A stretch of DNA of 63,939 nt, filler included, from Octopus bimaculoides (GCF_001194135.2; 5 parts of 5 records of this genome joined end to end with filler, not necessarily neighbours in it); one strand, 5' to 3'; numbered from the whole stretch's first letter, positions 49,098-63,469 are shown. Translations and numbers: made by a program. Notes: generated from the sequence alone by a model not told the origin.

Positions 49098-49141
49098 AAC
49101 TCAACTTATTTACTTTCTTTTAGTTAATACTTTCCCTACTG
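49098..49141 (-). mobile_element. Possible 5' terminus of the hAT element
   Basis: Minus strand CAGTAGGGAAAGTATTAACTAAAAGAAAGTAAATAAGTTGAG resembles hAT CAG-initiated ends with AAGTA subterminal repeats; no partner TIR or TSD found. Confidence 0.35.
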
Positions 49142-50116
49142 GCACTTCTTTTTATATATATATAGCGTTGCGTTGTGTGCTATGGTGCAATATCTTATTT
49201 GTTTCTTAAAGAAACTTTCTATGATTTTTTTGTGTCTGGGGAAAGTCATTTTGTCGTCATGTCTTATTAATAAACACACTCACCGGTCCAATTTCTACTC
49301 ATTTATTATTCTTTTTCCTAAAATTGTCATTGCGTCTTGCAACCTCTTCAATAAAAACTATTGAAGCGGTTGCAGGATGCAATGAAAATTTTAAGAAAAA
49401 GAATAATAAATGAATGGAAAATGAACCGGTGAGTGTGTTTATAAATAAGACATTACGACAAAATGACTTTCCCCAGACACAACAAAATATGCTGCAAGTC
49501 ACGAATTCAAATAAAGAATCTTGCAAATCAAATACAAAAACGAAATATTTACATGATCTATTAAGAGAAAATAATTGCTTAAATATCAAATACATAAAAC
49601 ATAATTTTGAACTCACAATTCGAAATTTAATTGAAAAGTTTGTAACTGAGTGTTTGCCAGATGTAAAGGAAGGTTGTGCTTGTTGATGAAGATGACGATG
49701 CTGATGTTGACTGACTAGGAAAGAAGGACAGTGGTTGAAATTGTGGATAACAAATTTTTATTCATCGTTACATTTGCTGTAATGCCAAACTACTACAAGA
49801 GGCATGCACATAAGCAAATACTATTCAAAATGAAGTTATGTTTTCTGCTTGGTTTTCTACTAGATAGCGAAAAGAAAGAGAGATAGAATGAAAGTATGTT
49901 GCTAATAGAACTTATATTATGCTCTGTTGTTCTCAGCAGTAGTTGATAGAGTGAGAATGTCAGTAAGCCAGTGAGAGAAAGGTAGAGCAACTGGCTGCTA
50001 TAGTCGTCTACCTCGTTGCTGCGGTCAAGAATCATTCACAGCGTGGTGGTCAAGATTCTCTCTGATTTTTCGCTTATGGAGTGCTGGCGTTTATAATAAT
50101 TACATTCCAGTTAGAA

Positions 50117-50502
50117 GGCTGTGTGGTGAGTAGCTTGCTTACCAGCCACATGGTTCCGGGTTCAGTCCCACTGCGTGGCATCTTGGGCAAATGTCTTCTA
50201 CTATAGCGTCTGGTCGACCAATGCCTTGTGAGTGGATTTGGCAGACGGAAACTGAAAGAAGCCCGTCGTATATATGTATATATATGTGTGTGTGTATGTC
50301 TGTGTGCCTGTGTTTGTTCCCCCTAGCATTGCTTGACAACCGATGCTGGTGTGTTTATGTTCCCGTCACTTGGGGGTTCGGCAAAAGCGACCGATAGAAT
50401 AAGTACTAGGCTTACAAAGAATAAGTCCCGGTGTCGATATGCTCGACTAAAGGTGGTGCTCCAGCATGGCCGCAGCCAAAGGACTGAAACAAGTAAAAGA
50501 GA
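50117..50502 (+). mobile_element. SINE family E, near full length
   Basis: Head to tail match with 63470-63873; further fragments at about 52103-52200, 52460-52605 and 62958-63082. Confidence 0.93.
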
Positions 50503-53500
50503 ATACCATTACATGCATAGGTCAGGGAATTTCCGCCCCACCCACCAACCCCTCCGTTTTCTGAGGAAAGAATGCATTTCCAACAGCTGACGAGGTCAAC
50601 TAAGACGATTGCACCCCAAAATAAAAAACGCGGGAAAAATTATTTAGTAACAAAATTGTCACTAAATAACATATATATACCGATTGATTTCAAAATGAAT
50701 AAGTACTGGTTCGATTTGTTTTATCAATAAAGATATTTGGAAATTTTGGTTTAACCGAAATTTTAAAAAAAAAAAACTTTTTCTCCAAATGTTTTAGACA
50801 ATGAACATTACGATTACGTGAGAATCTTATGTGAAATTAAGGTGGAGACGGATAATTCACAAACTTCGACTCCTTTTCTTTATTTTGATGAGATGTGTAG
50901 ACTATCGCCACTCTTATTTTTGCCCCACACATCAAATTCTAGTAAAATCTTAATAAATGCTATCTGAAAGGTATTTGTCCAAAATTTTAGTTTAAAATTA
51001 GTGGTGGAGAATAGAATTACTATTAATGTCTGACAAGCAATATCAAAACGTTTTACATTATACATATCCAACTACCTTTACTAAAACATTTGTATTATAT
51101 CTTACCGGTAACGCTACATAAATCTGGGTTTATCTTCAATAACAACAGACACGCGATTCGAAGTATCATTTCACGTTAGGAATGACAAAAACCGACTAGG
51201 AAACAAAAACGAGGGAACGTACTTAGTTTCGATTTATAAGCACCTACAAAAATATATATGTATTATTTCGAAAACTTTTACTTTTAAATATACAAACAGT
51301 CATGGTTAACTATTCTGAAACTATAAAATTTTACTTGAAATACAAACACAAGGTAATTCTGCGCATTTTCTCTATCAGCAATATCTGAACAACTGAGTAG
51401 TGTCGGAAGGTACAATAAAACTTCGTGCTATCATTCTGAATACGTTTCTGAAGAACAATGAAGTATCGATCTAACTTTACATAAGTCCAAAAAACAAATG
51501 AAGTATCATTCCCACTTTAACCGTGTTGAAGTTGAAGAATGGGCACAGAAGGTGACTGTTCTAAATTTTTAGTACGTTTCGTTTTCTCCATATCGGTGTT
51601 TTTATTTGTGCTGTGAAATTTTAGTTACAATTGAGTGACTTCAAGAGATGTAGGTTAGCCAGAAAAATTGATTGGGAATGGGAATTAAAAATAGAAAAAA
51701 AAAACAGAAATACAAATAAGTATCTTAGTCTGCAGTGGGAAAGTAATTACTGAGTTCATTGATTGATTGCATAATATAACTAGTATTAAATATGTAGTCT
51801 TTAATATATATACTTACACTATCCAGGACAACATGATCTCGAGCGGGCTATGGACCGACCTGGTCAGAACAGTCTGGCATGTTTCCGCTCGGCCACCCAG
51901 CACCATAACGATGCCTGGCTAGGGTTGTCAGATTAGAAAACTAGATTTACGGGACACTCGGCATTGTTTCCTCATAACTTTCTAAAAATACTTTTCAGAT
52001 TGTATAGATTATGATTAGATCGGAATTCAATATGAAAAAGAAAATTAGTGGACTCGCACGCATCATATGTATCTACAAAATGAAACTTAATATTTAATAC
52101 TAATTCTATCGGTCATTTTTTCCGAACCGCTATGTTACGGGGACATAAACACACCAGCATCGGTTGTCGCGATGGCGTGGTGAACACACACAGACACACC
52201 CTGTATATGTGTGTGCTCATAGAAAAACGCGTGTGTGTGAAATCATACCTTCGTGTTTGTCTAGATGTATATTGTGGGTTTATGTTGATCTCTCAACAAA
52301 ATACTCTTCCTTGTTCGCAATTCACACAAGTTTTTCTACCAAATACGAAAAACAGTCGACGTTTGTTAAGAATGCAATGCAAGGGAAGTAACTCTCATGT
52401 CTGTATCAGTTGATCGTAAACTTTCTTTCAACCTCGGTTGGTAGAGTTTCGAATATTTTATATTTCCCTTGTCTCAGTCATTTCAGTGGGACCATGCTGT
52501 GGTACCGCCTTGAAGACTTCTAGTCGAATGTATCGACCCCAGCCTATTACTTACTCTATCGGTCTCTTTTGCGAACCGTTTAGTTACGGGGACGTCAACG
52601 CACCANNNNNNNNNNNNNNNNNNNNNNNNNNNNNNNNNNNNNNNNNNNNNNNNNNNNNNNNNNNNNNNNNNNNNNNNNNNNNNNNNNNNNNNNNNNNNNN
52701 NNNNNNNNNNNNNNNNNNNNNNNNNNNNNNNNNNNNNNNNNNNNNNNNNNNNNNNNNNNNNNNNNNNNNNNNNNNNNNNNNNNNNNNNNNNNNNNNNNNN
52801 NNNNNNNNNNNNNNNNNNNNNNNNNNNNNNNNNNNNNNNNNNNNNNNNNNNNNNNNNNNNNNNNNNNNNNNNNNNNNNNNNNNNNNNNNNNNNNNNNNNN
52901 NNNNNNNNNNNNNNNNNNNNNNNNNNNNNNNNNNNNNNNNNNNNNNNNNNNNNNNNNNNNNNNNNNNNNNNNNNNNNNNNNNNNNNNNNNNNNNNNNNNN
53001 NNNNNNNNNNNNNNNNNNNNNNNNNNNNNNNNNNNNNNNNNNNNNNNNNNNNNNNNNNNNNNNNNNNNNNNNNNNNNNNNNNNNNNNNNNNNNNNNNNNN
53101 NNNNNNNNNNNNNNNNNNNNNNNNNNNNNNNNNNNNNNNNNNNNNNNNNNNNNNNNNNNNNNNNNNNNNNNNNNNNNNNNNNNNNNNNNNNNNNNNNNNN
53201 NNNNNNNNNNNNNNNNNNNNNNNNNNNNNNNNNNNNNNNNNNNNNNNNNNNNNNNNNNNNNNNNNNNNNNNNNNNNNNNNNNNNNNNNNNNNNNNNNNNN
53301 NNNNNNNNNNNNNNNNNNNNNNNNNNNNNNNNNNNNNNNNNNNNNNNNNNNNNNNNNNNNNNNNNNNNNNNNNNNNNNNNNNNNNNNNNNNNNNNNNNNN
53401 NNNNTTTTCAGATGAACATACATACACCCATACCTACGGGCGAGTGGAAGAGTGAAACTCGTCAGCTTTCTACTGTCTGTGATATATAAAATAAAATTCA

Positions 53501-53817
53501 CCATGAGAAATTTGATATACAGTGGGGTACATCAACCACATAAAAAACATGCAACACAAAATTATCAAAAAATGTGTAGACTATGCAATCATTTTCCATC
53601 TCGAAGTTGCATTCTGTATAGTTTAATATTTGAACATCTCGACGAACTGGAACTGGAGACTCAGCACCAGTTCTAAGCAAGATGGCAAAGTCGATCTCGG
53701 CGGAATTTGAACTCAGAACTTAAAGACAGACGAAATACCGCTGAGCCCGGCGACTTCCTCGAGAGCATTATCGTGTTTATACGAGGGTTCAAGTAGAACT
53801 TTACGGAAAAAATCAGA

Positions 53818-53833
53818 GGCCCTGAAAAGGGCC
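53818..53833 (-). terminator. Orphan histone 3' stem-loop
   Basis: CAAC-GGCCCTTTTCAGGGCC on the minus strand; no histone CDS immediately upstream. Confidence 0.85.
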
Positions 53834-55376
53834 GTTGGACTAAAGCAGTAGCTTCATTATTTCCAAAGTCGGGGGGTACAACTCTGTAGTTATGCCCGAT
53901 ATAACTCATTCGTAGGAAATTTCATTGAAAGATATCCATTTTCCGTAAATTAGGATCATGCAAATTCGGTGGGTGGGGGTGGATAGAAAACTAGCTATGC
54001 CAACATGGCATCGATATTCGTTTCTCATAAAATGGTGTACATTTATTATTTACGATTGTGTAAGGCAAACAAGTAAAAAAAACAATTTCTTTCCGCTTTA
54101 TTGTTTATAACTAATTTCGTTTTGCATGTTCATCAATTCGCTGCGATCTCTTTAAGGTAAACAAAGCCAAAATTTTAAATTCATGTGGGAAAGGGATGAA
54201 ATTTGAAAAGCTGTTTTTCTTTTCACATATTCGTCATCTGAAACGTACGAATCCGAAAAATTCACTTTTCAAGGAGGTGCAATAGTAAAAAAAAAATGTC
54301 CGGTGTACACGAAGTAACTTAGAAANNNNNNNNNNGAAGTAACTTTGGAAATAAATTTCGATGCCCTGAAAAGGTCTAGTGGCTTAGTTATTTTTATTTA
54401 AGCGCTCAAGTCCTCCATAAAATTGAATATTCTCAAATAGGCTTTCTACAAATGAATACCTTTCAGATCGGATGCAGAAGCGCACACATCACAATTTAGT
54501 TTATTTTGTAGATGTTATGTGCCAGTATGAAATGTGCGTGCCATCCAACTTGTCATCACTAAACTACTAAGAGATGGAATCTGATCAAACGGACATTTCG
54601 TTCCGATTTACTCGCAACTAAATATCACAAAACTGAAACTAATGAACATCGTGGTTTATTTGTGCTGTAAACTCCATATAGATACAAGCACAAAAAACAA
54701 ACGAGCGATTCGGATAAACAAAACTGTGACGGACATACTTTCACCGAAATTGCCGAGCCCCATTCAAAATTACACTCGGCGGAATAAGATTAATGCTTAA
54801 ATCGTCATCCCCAGCTTCAGGAAAAGAATATATCGATCTTACTTTGAATAAACAATTCACGATACGAGAACACAAAACATACCACTATCTTAAGGGTGAG
54901 TAGAACTTTACGAAAACNNNNNNNNNNNNNNNNNNNNNNNNNNNNNNNNNNNNNNNNNNNNNNNNNNNNNNNNNNNNNNNNNNNNNNNNNNNNNNNNNNN
55001 NNNNNNNNNNNNNNNNNNNNNNNNNNNNNNNNNNNNNNNNNNNNNNNNNNNNNNNNNNNNNNNNNNNNNNNNNNNNNNNNNNNNNNNNNNNNNNNNNNNN
55101 NNNNNNNNNNNNNNNNNNNNNNNNNNNNNNNNNNNNNNNNNNNNNNNNNNNNNNNNNNNNNNNNNNNNNNNNNNNNNNNNNNNNNNNNNNNNNNNNNNNN
55201 NNNNNNNNNNNNNNNNNNNNNNNNNNNNNNNNNNNNNNNNNNNNNNNNNNNNNNNNNNNNNNNNNNNNNNNNNNNNNNNNNNNNNNNNNNNNNNNNNNNN
55301 NNNNNNNNNNNNNNNNNNNNNNNNNNNNNNNNNNNNNNNNNNNNNNNNNNNNNNNNNNNNNNNNNNNNNNNNNNNN

Positions 55377-55811
<435 letters not shown>

Positions 55812-55835
55812 ATGTCTGGACGTGGTAAAGGAGGA
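55812..55835 (+). CDS. His4: Histone H4, first 8 codons; rest missing or in gap
   Basis: MSGRGKGG. Assigned to H4 because the 3' flank at 56090-56140 is identical to that of the H4 at 62597. Confidence 0.85.
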
Positions 55836-55845
55836 NNNNNNNNNN

Positions 55846-56079
55846 AACAGATCGACCCTCAGGACTCATTGTAAGCCTAGTACTTATTCTATCGGACTCT
55901 TTTGCCAAACATTAAGTTACTGGGACGTAAACACACCAGCATCGGTTGTCAAGCGATGTCGGGGGACAAATACAAACATACGACGGGCTTCTTTCAGTTT
56001 TCGCCAAACAAATCCACTTACGGCTCGTGGCTTTAGTAGAAGACTGAACCCGAAATCAAGTAGTTCGTAAGCAAGCTAC
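55846..56079 (-). mobile_element. SINE family E fragment between two 10-N gaps inside the H4 locus
   Basis: Diverged E sequence occupying the place of the H4 CDS. Confidence 0.85.
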
Positions 56080-56104
56080 NNNNNNNNNNGTAGCGACAAA
56101 TCCC

Positions 56105-56120
56105 GGCCCTTTTCAGGGCC
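56105..56120 (+). terminator. Histone H4 3' stem-loop
   Basis: GGCCCT-TTTC-AGGGCC followed by ACTCA. Confidence 0.95.
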
Positions 56121-56984
56121 ACTCATATCTTAATGTAAGTCACCTTCGCCCTCTTTGATATGCTTACATAGATTTGGTTTGAATTTCGGCTTAATTTATT
56201 TTATCCAGGACATCTTCATTAGATCGCATTATATGATTAATGTAAGGCGGTGATCTGGCAGTTATAAGCTCGCCTGGCGAAATGCTTCGCAGCATTTCGT
56301 CCGTCGCTATGTTCTGAGTTTAAATTCCCTCGACTTTTCCTTGAAACACGAATCTATGTAATCGACTCCTTTCCCACCTCCTGAATGCTGGCCTTGTGCC
56401 ATAATTTGAAATCAATATTTGATACGCTGTTTAAACTTCGTCCATTTTATCTTGGAGCATTGCGTGAACTGGTTTCAATTACTAGCAACTCCAATATTCC
56501 AAACAACTGGTACGCTTAAATTTTAATTGAAAATAACCTGTTCGACTCCGAACTCTGGAGTGTATTTTACCAAATTTGCATTTGCCGAGCTTCCAACTCA
56601 TTTCGTTAAAATCCTTTAAATTATTTTAAAAGATGATGGTTACGAGTGGGTGCTACTTCAGTTTCGCACGAGACAACATTTATGCTAGAAATAACAGCTA
56701 CATACAAGCTCCCGGTGTGCGAACATGGAGAGCATGTACGAGAATCTGGTTACTTTTGATTTTGCCAAAACATTAAAGCTACTTGTTGATAAAGCATCTG
56801 AACTGCTTCTCGACTCGGGTCCGCGCAAGTAAAATAGTATGAATTGGGGACCCACAGCAGTATAATAAGGGTCCAACCCCTCATGACATTTCTGTTTTTG
56901 GGAATTTTCATAGCTTATTGCAAATGTTAGTGTTGTACACTGAAATTCATACTCTATCGAATTTTTTAATCACGTTTTAAATAT

Positions 56985-57422
56985 ACGGACAGTCCGAATC
57001 TGCAATTATATTTCTGTTTAATTTAGAAATAATTTTTCGACTCCAAATTGAAAACTTTAAAAAATTTCTGCACGGCCTATTGATTTTGGGTTGAAGCACA
57101 CCATGTAATAGGTCGAAACTTCTGATATCTTATCGAAAAGGTAATTCATTTAATTGCATGCTTTTTCTGTTAGCAACTGTTTTCTTACGCACACTCGCTT
57201 GGAGCGGTGTGGGTTGAACATTTAAATTACTTACCGTGTTACGTCCGCATCATTGCACCAAATGTTTGTGGGAAAAGAATATTGAAAAAACACCAATGTT
57301 AGTGACGAAAAAAATGAGGAAGGTGTTTGATGTTAAAAATAGCTAAATCTCCCTTAAATCACAGCTTTTCATCTGAAAATTAGTTTGAAATTATAAACAA
57401 ATTGCAGGTTCGGACTGTCTGT
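56985..57422. repeat. Imperfect inverted repeat pair (old MITE-like fold-back)
   Basis: ACGGACAGTCCGAATCTGCAATT (56985-57007) versus the reverse complement of 57400-57422: 2 mismatches in 23, weaker similarity outward. Confidence 0.6.
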
Positions 57423-58869
57423 GTCTTAAAGCGATGACTTAGATTTTCCAAAAGAGTGGAAATACTAGGATTTATGGGGTGGGGGGTAAAAAGTAAAAAA
57501 AATTGGTGGACGTCAGAGATAGGTAGGTTGGTATTCTTCCATTTTGACGGATTTTTCAGACTTTTTCACGGTGCTCTTGGAAATAATCTGGAGCATCTTT
57601 TTAGCAAAAGAAAAAAAAAATGTTCTTTTAACACCCTTCCCCTCTCCGGACCAATTTTGTGGGGCACTACACACTTTAAAACTAGCCTTTCGATAGACGA
57701 AAGAGTAAGTGATTCAATAGACATTTGGCTGTTGTTTCTAGTATATCCCATGACCGGTTAGGTTGATAAAAACCATAAATTTTCCCCAAAATATTTTTTA
57801 ATAACATGAGTCGATGCAGTTAATGTGGAAATGGGGAGAAAAATATTAGTGAGACAGAGACGTGGAAGCTGGTCACTGGGTATGCTAGAAACAACAGCCA
57901 AATCTCCCTTTTAAATCACACACCTTTGGGTATGAAAATATTTTTACTGAAAGGGCTTCTATAGTTTTTAAGTGTGGAGTGCCCACGAAACCGATCCGGA
58001 GAGGGGGGGGGGTTAAAAATCATTTTTCGAGTTTATTTTTTAAGATTTTCCAGATAATTTCGAAGGGCATAGTGAAAAAAAAAAAAAATTTAATAGCACG
58101 AATGTGTATAAGGGGGCGAAAAATACTGAAAAGCATGAAGGTAGTTGTGGGATGTGCTAGTAACGACAGCCTGAAAATACTTTCAGTTTTTTTTTCAACT
58201 GCCAAAGCCTTCTCCCATGGTTAAGTGCATTCCAAAATCGGTCCATGGAAAAATCCGCCAAAACGGAGAAAATCCAACCTATGTGGGCATCCTGAACCGT
58301 ATGATTATGCTAAATCGTATGAAATAAAATCGAGGGGCATATGGTGTGCTTGGATCAGAATTCCACCATCCTAATATATTGGATTCAAGATCATTACTGT
58401 GATTGTTCTCGGCGATTTTTCTTATGTGACATTTTTTGTATAACAATTCTTATAATCTGACTCCTTGAGTAAATTAAAAACATTCCGGATCTGTTTTCAT
58501 TACTGCGAGTTTTCGGCGAATTTTTCTATGGATCTGATCATCATTGGGATGACTCTGGAGGAAGTAATTGCAACAAATTCTGCAAAACAAGTCGGCGATC
58601 CGTTTACAGACTCCCACTCAGGGTAGGCAGCGCTTAAGATAGGTGTAGATATTACAAATCACGGTTAAGGAAATAAAAGGATCTGTAAAGAGTTAAGAGA
58701 GGCTCCGTCAGAAAATAATAAGTAAACAAAGGCGTCCAGAGATGAATTAGTTAACAGCACTAGGTTATAAACATAAGCTGCATCTACGGAATGACGCTTC
58801 ATGTCCTGCTATGAAGAATCGAATCGCAAATAAAATAAACGGTAAGTAGACTAAAATTATGATGTAGTG

Positions 58870-58885
58870 GGCCCTGAAAAGGGCC
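58870..58885 (-). terminator. Histone H2A 3' stem-loop
   Basis: CAAC-GGCCCTTTTCAGGGCC, 37 nt after the stop codon. Confidence 0.95.
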
Positions 58886-58922
58886 GTTGATATGGATAAA
58901 GCAAAAATGCCACCGAAGTAAT

Positions 58923-59037
<115 letters not shown>

Positions 59038-59601
59038 NNNNNNNNNNNNNNNNNNNNNNNNNNNNNNNNNNNNNNNNNNNNNNNNNNNNNNNNNNNNNNN
59101 NNNNNNNNNNNNNNNNNNNNNNNNNNNNNNNNNNNNNNNNNNNNNNNNNNNNNNNNNNNNNNNNNNNNNNNNNNNNNNNNNNNNNNNNNNNNNNNNNNNN
59201 NNNNNNNNNNNNNNNNNNNNNNNNNNNNNNNNNNNNNNNNNNNNNNNNNNNNNNNNNNNNNNNNNNNNNNNNNNNNNNNNNNNNNNNNNNNNNNNNNNNN
59301 NNNNNNNNNNNNNNNNNNNNNNNNNNNNNNNNNNNNNNNNNNNNNNNNNNNNNNNNNNNNNNNNNNNNNNNNNNNNNNNNNNNNNNNNNNNNNNNNNNNN
59401 NNNNNNNNNNNNNNNNNNNNNNNNNNNNNNNNNNNNNNNNNNNNNNNNNNNNNNNNNNNNNNNNNNNNNNNNNNNNNNNNNNNNNNNNNNNNNNNNNNNN
59501 NNNNNNNNNNNNNNNNNNNNNNNNNNNNNNNNNNNNNNNNNNNNNNNNNNNNNNNNNNNNNNNNNNNNNNNNNNNNNNNNNNNNNNNNNNNNNNNNNNNN
59601 G

Positions 59602-59937
59602 GCTTCCAAGGCTAAGGCCACTCGCCCCGCTGGGGACAAGAAACGTAAGAAGAAGAGGAAGGAAAGTTATTCCATCTACATCTACAAAGTAATGAAGCAA
59701 GTCCACCCCGACACTGGCATCTCCAGCAAAGCTATGTCTATCATGAACAGTTTTGTCAACGATTTGTTCGAAAGAATAGCTTCTGAAGCCAGCCGTTTGG
59801 CTCACTACAACAAGCGTTCAACCATCAGTAGCCGTGAGGTGCAGACTGCTGTGCGTCTGCTTCTCCCCGGTGAGTTGGCTAAACACGCCGTCTCTGAAGG
59901 TACCAAGGCTGTTACCAAATACACCAGCAGCAAGTAA
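59602..59937 (+). CDS. His2B: Histone H2B, N-terminal few codons in gap
   Basis: ...[58 protein letters not shown]...AVTKYTSSK*. The 563-N gap fits a divergent H2A/H2B pair. Confidence 0.98.
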   Translation, partial: ASKAKATRPAGDKKRKKKRKESYSIYIYKVMKQVHPDTGISSKAMSIMNSFVNDLFERIASEASRLAHYNKRSTISSREVQTAVRLLLPGELAKHAVSEGTKAVTKYTSSK

Positions 59938-59964
59938 AACCATTTACGTTTTTGTCTATCAGAC

Positions 59965-59980
59965 GGTCCTTTTAAGGGCC
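59965..59980 (+). terminator. Histone H2B 3' stem-loop
   Basis: GGTCCT-TTTA-AGGGCC followed by ACCCA. Confidence 0.95.
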
Positions 59981-62535
59981 ACCCATATTCTCGTGATTGT
60001 AACCTCCGATTTTCTATTGATATGTGATTAACGAAATAACTGGGGGTAGTAATAATAGCAACTAAATATTTCTTAGTGTATCGTGAATTACATAAAAGAT
60101 TACATGCGTGGAGCTGTTAATGCACTTGGGAGGTCAACCACCCTTCCATCTTTGCATTCCACGTCCTGAAGCCCTTGTAATTAGCAAATCTCTCCCCCTT
60201 CTACGAATATCTGTTATCGTGTAGATTCCGAATATACAAAATTTTTTTGGGGAAGGTGTATCATAATTCTCGTATTTATTTATGAAGAATCCCTACCAAA
60301 AAGATTCTGAAAAATGTGTAAAATGAAACAATGGGGGACGGATTTAGATTTTGAAATACTAATTCTTTCGCATAATCTGAATCTCCGTAGCCGAAAACGT
60401 CGGATTCCGTAGATACGTCTATGGGAAAAATTTTCGATATAATCGGAATCTACAGCATCTAAAGTTTTCAGAAAGTACTCTGTCCTTAAATGGCAAGATT
60501 TACTGAGCTAAGGAGAAAATAAATTTAGTTTTCAACCAATTGCTAATGGCTAGAGTGAATTTGAGACGTCAAAAGTAAAAAGCTAGCTTAGAATGGCTAA
60601 CATTTATTCTGGAATATCAATATTTTGTCTGCTTGTAATATCTTTGGATAAATTTTACACTAGCGTTCTCTTAAGAATGAGTCTGATCGATAAACATCTG
60701 GATTCTGGAATTAAGTCAGCATAGAGTGAACAAGAAAATCGAAAATTTAGTGATCGATCATTAACGTATTTACGAATATCGATTTTTGATGAAAGAAAAA
60801 ATCGAAGTAAAAATAAATGCATATCAAAAGAGGACGAAATGACCTCCATAGATACGACTGGAGCCAACTATGTTTGCATAGGCAGATGTGGGGATAGTCA
60901 CACGCCCCGGCAGTCGGATTGTTGTGGAATGGATTACATGAAGTTGGAGGGTAAAACAGTACAAATTTCAGGGTACTTGGCTGTTATTTCTAGCATGACG
61001 TCAGACCACTTATGGAATGACTTTGTTCATATTTCGTAGAATGTCTTTCAATTTTTATACGAATGCGCTTGCCTACTATTTCTAGCATGAGCACATGCAT
61101 AGGTAAATTATATTTATAAATGCATGAGCTTCCTTTAAATCCTATTGTTTGTTACTAGTATGAAAAATATCAAATGGGAATAACTTATAAAATGCTTCTT
61201 AAATTGTCCGAACATATAGAAGTAATTGTGATTATTACATGGTTTCCATTCAGCATACGATGTAGAGGTGGAGTGATAAATTTAGAGATGGCAGATTTAA
61301 TGAGACAGGGAGGGAGAGAAGGGGAACGGAGAAATGCTACTGGAGTTTCATCCTACTAGCAAAACCGTGCCTAGTAGACATACCGACTATGTGGGGCCGG
61401 TTTACCTGTAAGGGTTGTGACATTCCAATTCCAAGCCAGCGATGTGCAGGTATTCCCGTATCGGCAAAATTATGGTAGGAGTACTATTACTTGTCAAACT
61501 GGAACAAGTGCTTTTGTTTACATTTGAAGATCGTCGATTTCCGTAAATTGTTTTATTGGCGATTTTATGATCAGATTCATAGATACGTTTTTTATTAATT
61601 TTTTTTTTTTCGTTTATATTATTGGTTTTGAAATATAAATACAGGCCCTTAATTCAATTCTTGTTAGTATGAATCAGGAAGCCCTTGGATGCAGAGACGT
61701 TTGGAACTTAAAATCTTTCATTTTATTTTCGTTTTGCACACATACAAGCAGACAGAATTTTGCACACACGCTGTACATACAAACACACAAGCACACATAC
61801 ACTCTCTCTCTCACACACACATTATTTCTTCCGCTTCACGCCAACTTCAAAAGAACTTCCCTCGTACAATCGCGTTCTTTGTCTCTTTCGCTTTCACGCC
61901 GACTTCAAAAAATTCCTTTTCCCCCCCAACCCCATATGTAAAAAAATAAACAATTTTTTACGGAAATCTATCATCTTCACAAATATAAACACATGTCGCT
62001 TGTAACGAAAGATCGCCCTCGTATCTGTTTTTGGGACACCGTCCCGCCCCATCACGTCCTATAAACAGCCTTCAGCTGCACTATTCATCTGCAGAACTTT
62101 TAGGTGTAAATTATAACTTGGTAAAAATGTTTAAGGTTTATTACTCGATGACCTTTTTAGATAAGATATTCTTTAATTAGAACGTCCTAAATATACAGCA
62201 GAAAAGACCTGCTCGATATAACTGATTTTGTAAATAATAAAACCTGAAGTCATGAAAAAATTTGGTAAACACCAACCGGTTTTAGGCTGATCTTAAATTC
62301 GATGTTTTGTAGTTAGAATAGAAGATCGATATCGGAGGAGAAAGAGATACACTTTGAAAATACCGAAAAGTTTAGAAATATTGCGATCTAATGAAGATAT
62401 GTCGTACGTAAAAAGACGAGCTCACTGAAAGTTAAAAAAGTAATTCCTTTGAAAGAATCAAAAACGAAATTGAAATTCAAACGTTTTGGTTTAAGCATAT
62501 TGAAGAGGCGAGATGGCTTACATTAAGATATGAGT

Positions 62536-62551
62536 GGCCCTGAAAAGGGCC
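62536..62551 (-). terminator. Histone H4 3' stem-loop (second copy)
   Basis: GGCCCTTTTCAGGGCC-ACTCA on the minus strand. Confidence 0.95.
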
Positions 62552-62596
62552 GGGATTTGTCGCTACTCACGACAACGAAGTTACAAAAACTTCAGT

Positions 62597-62772
<176 letters not shown>

Positions 62773-63469
62773 NNNNNNNNNNNNNNNNNNNNNNNNNNNN
62801 NNNNNNNNNNNNNNNNTTAATTAATTAANNNNNNNNNNNNNNNNNNNNNNNNNNNNNNNNNNNNNNNNNNNNTATATACATATACAAACACACACATATA
62901 TACATATATTTCAATATATATATGTATGTGTATATACATATATACATATATTCATTTACTTTTTATTCTTTTCCTTGTTTCAATTATTTGACTGCGGTCA
63001 TGGTGGAGCACCGCCTTTAGTCGAACAAATCGACTCCAGGACTTATTCTTTGTAAGTCTAGTACTCATTCTATCGGTCTCTTTAGTAAATAAAGAAAATA
63101 AAGGGAAAAAAGGGAAAGAAAATTCACAGCGACAATGCTCTTCTCAGTACGCGTGACGTAACAGTTAACATAATCTTTTGCTCTTCCTGCATGGAGAGAG
63201 ATCATTCTGAAATAATTTTCAGTTGCTTTTTTTGATCATTCCAAGTGCTCCTATTGTAACAGTCTTGAGATACCACATCTTTTCGATTTCGATTAGCAAA
63301 TCTTTATATTTTCTGAGCTTATCAAATTCATTTGCCTAGATATTATGGTCACAGAGTATGCTCATGTCAATCAATAAACAGGCTTTATTGTTTTGGTCTT
63401 TCACAACAATATCTGGTTTATTTGCTTTGATGGTCCGGTATGTAGATATTAGGAAGTCCTTTTATTATT

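Noticed and set aside
55812-55835. H2A identity for MSGRGKGG
   Set aside because: The downstream 3' UTR and stem-loop match the unambiguous H4 at 62597, not the H2A.
59602-59937. Novel H2B variant ([15 protein letters not shown])
   Set aside because: Conservative substitutions within normal invertebrate H2B variation; standard stem-loop and pairing with H2A.
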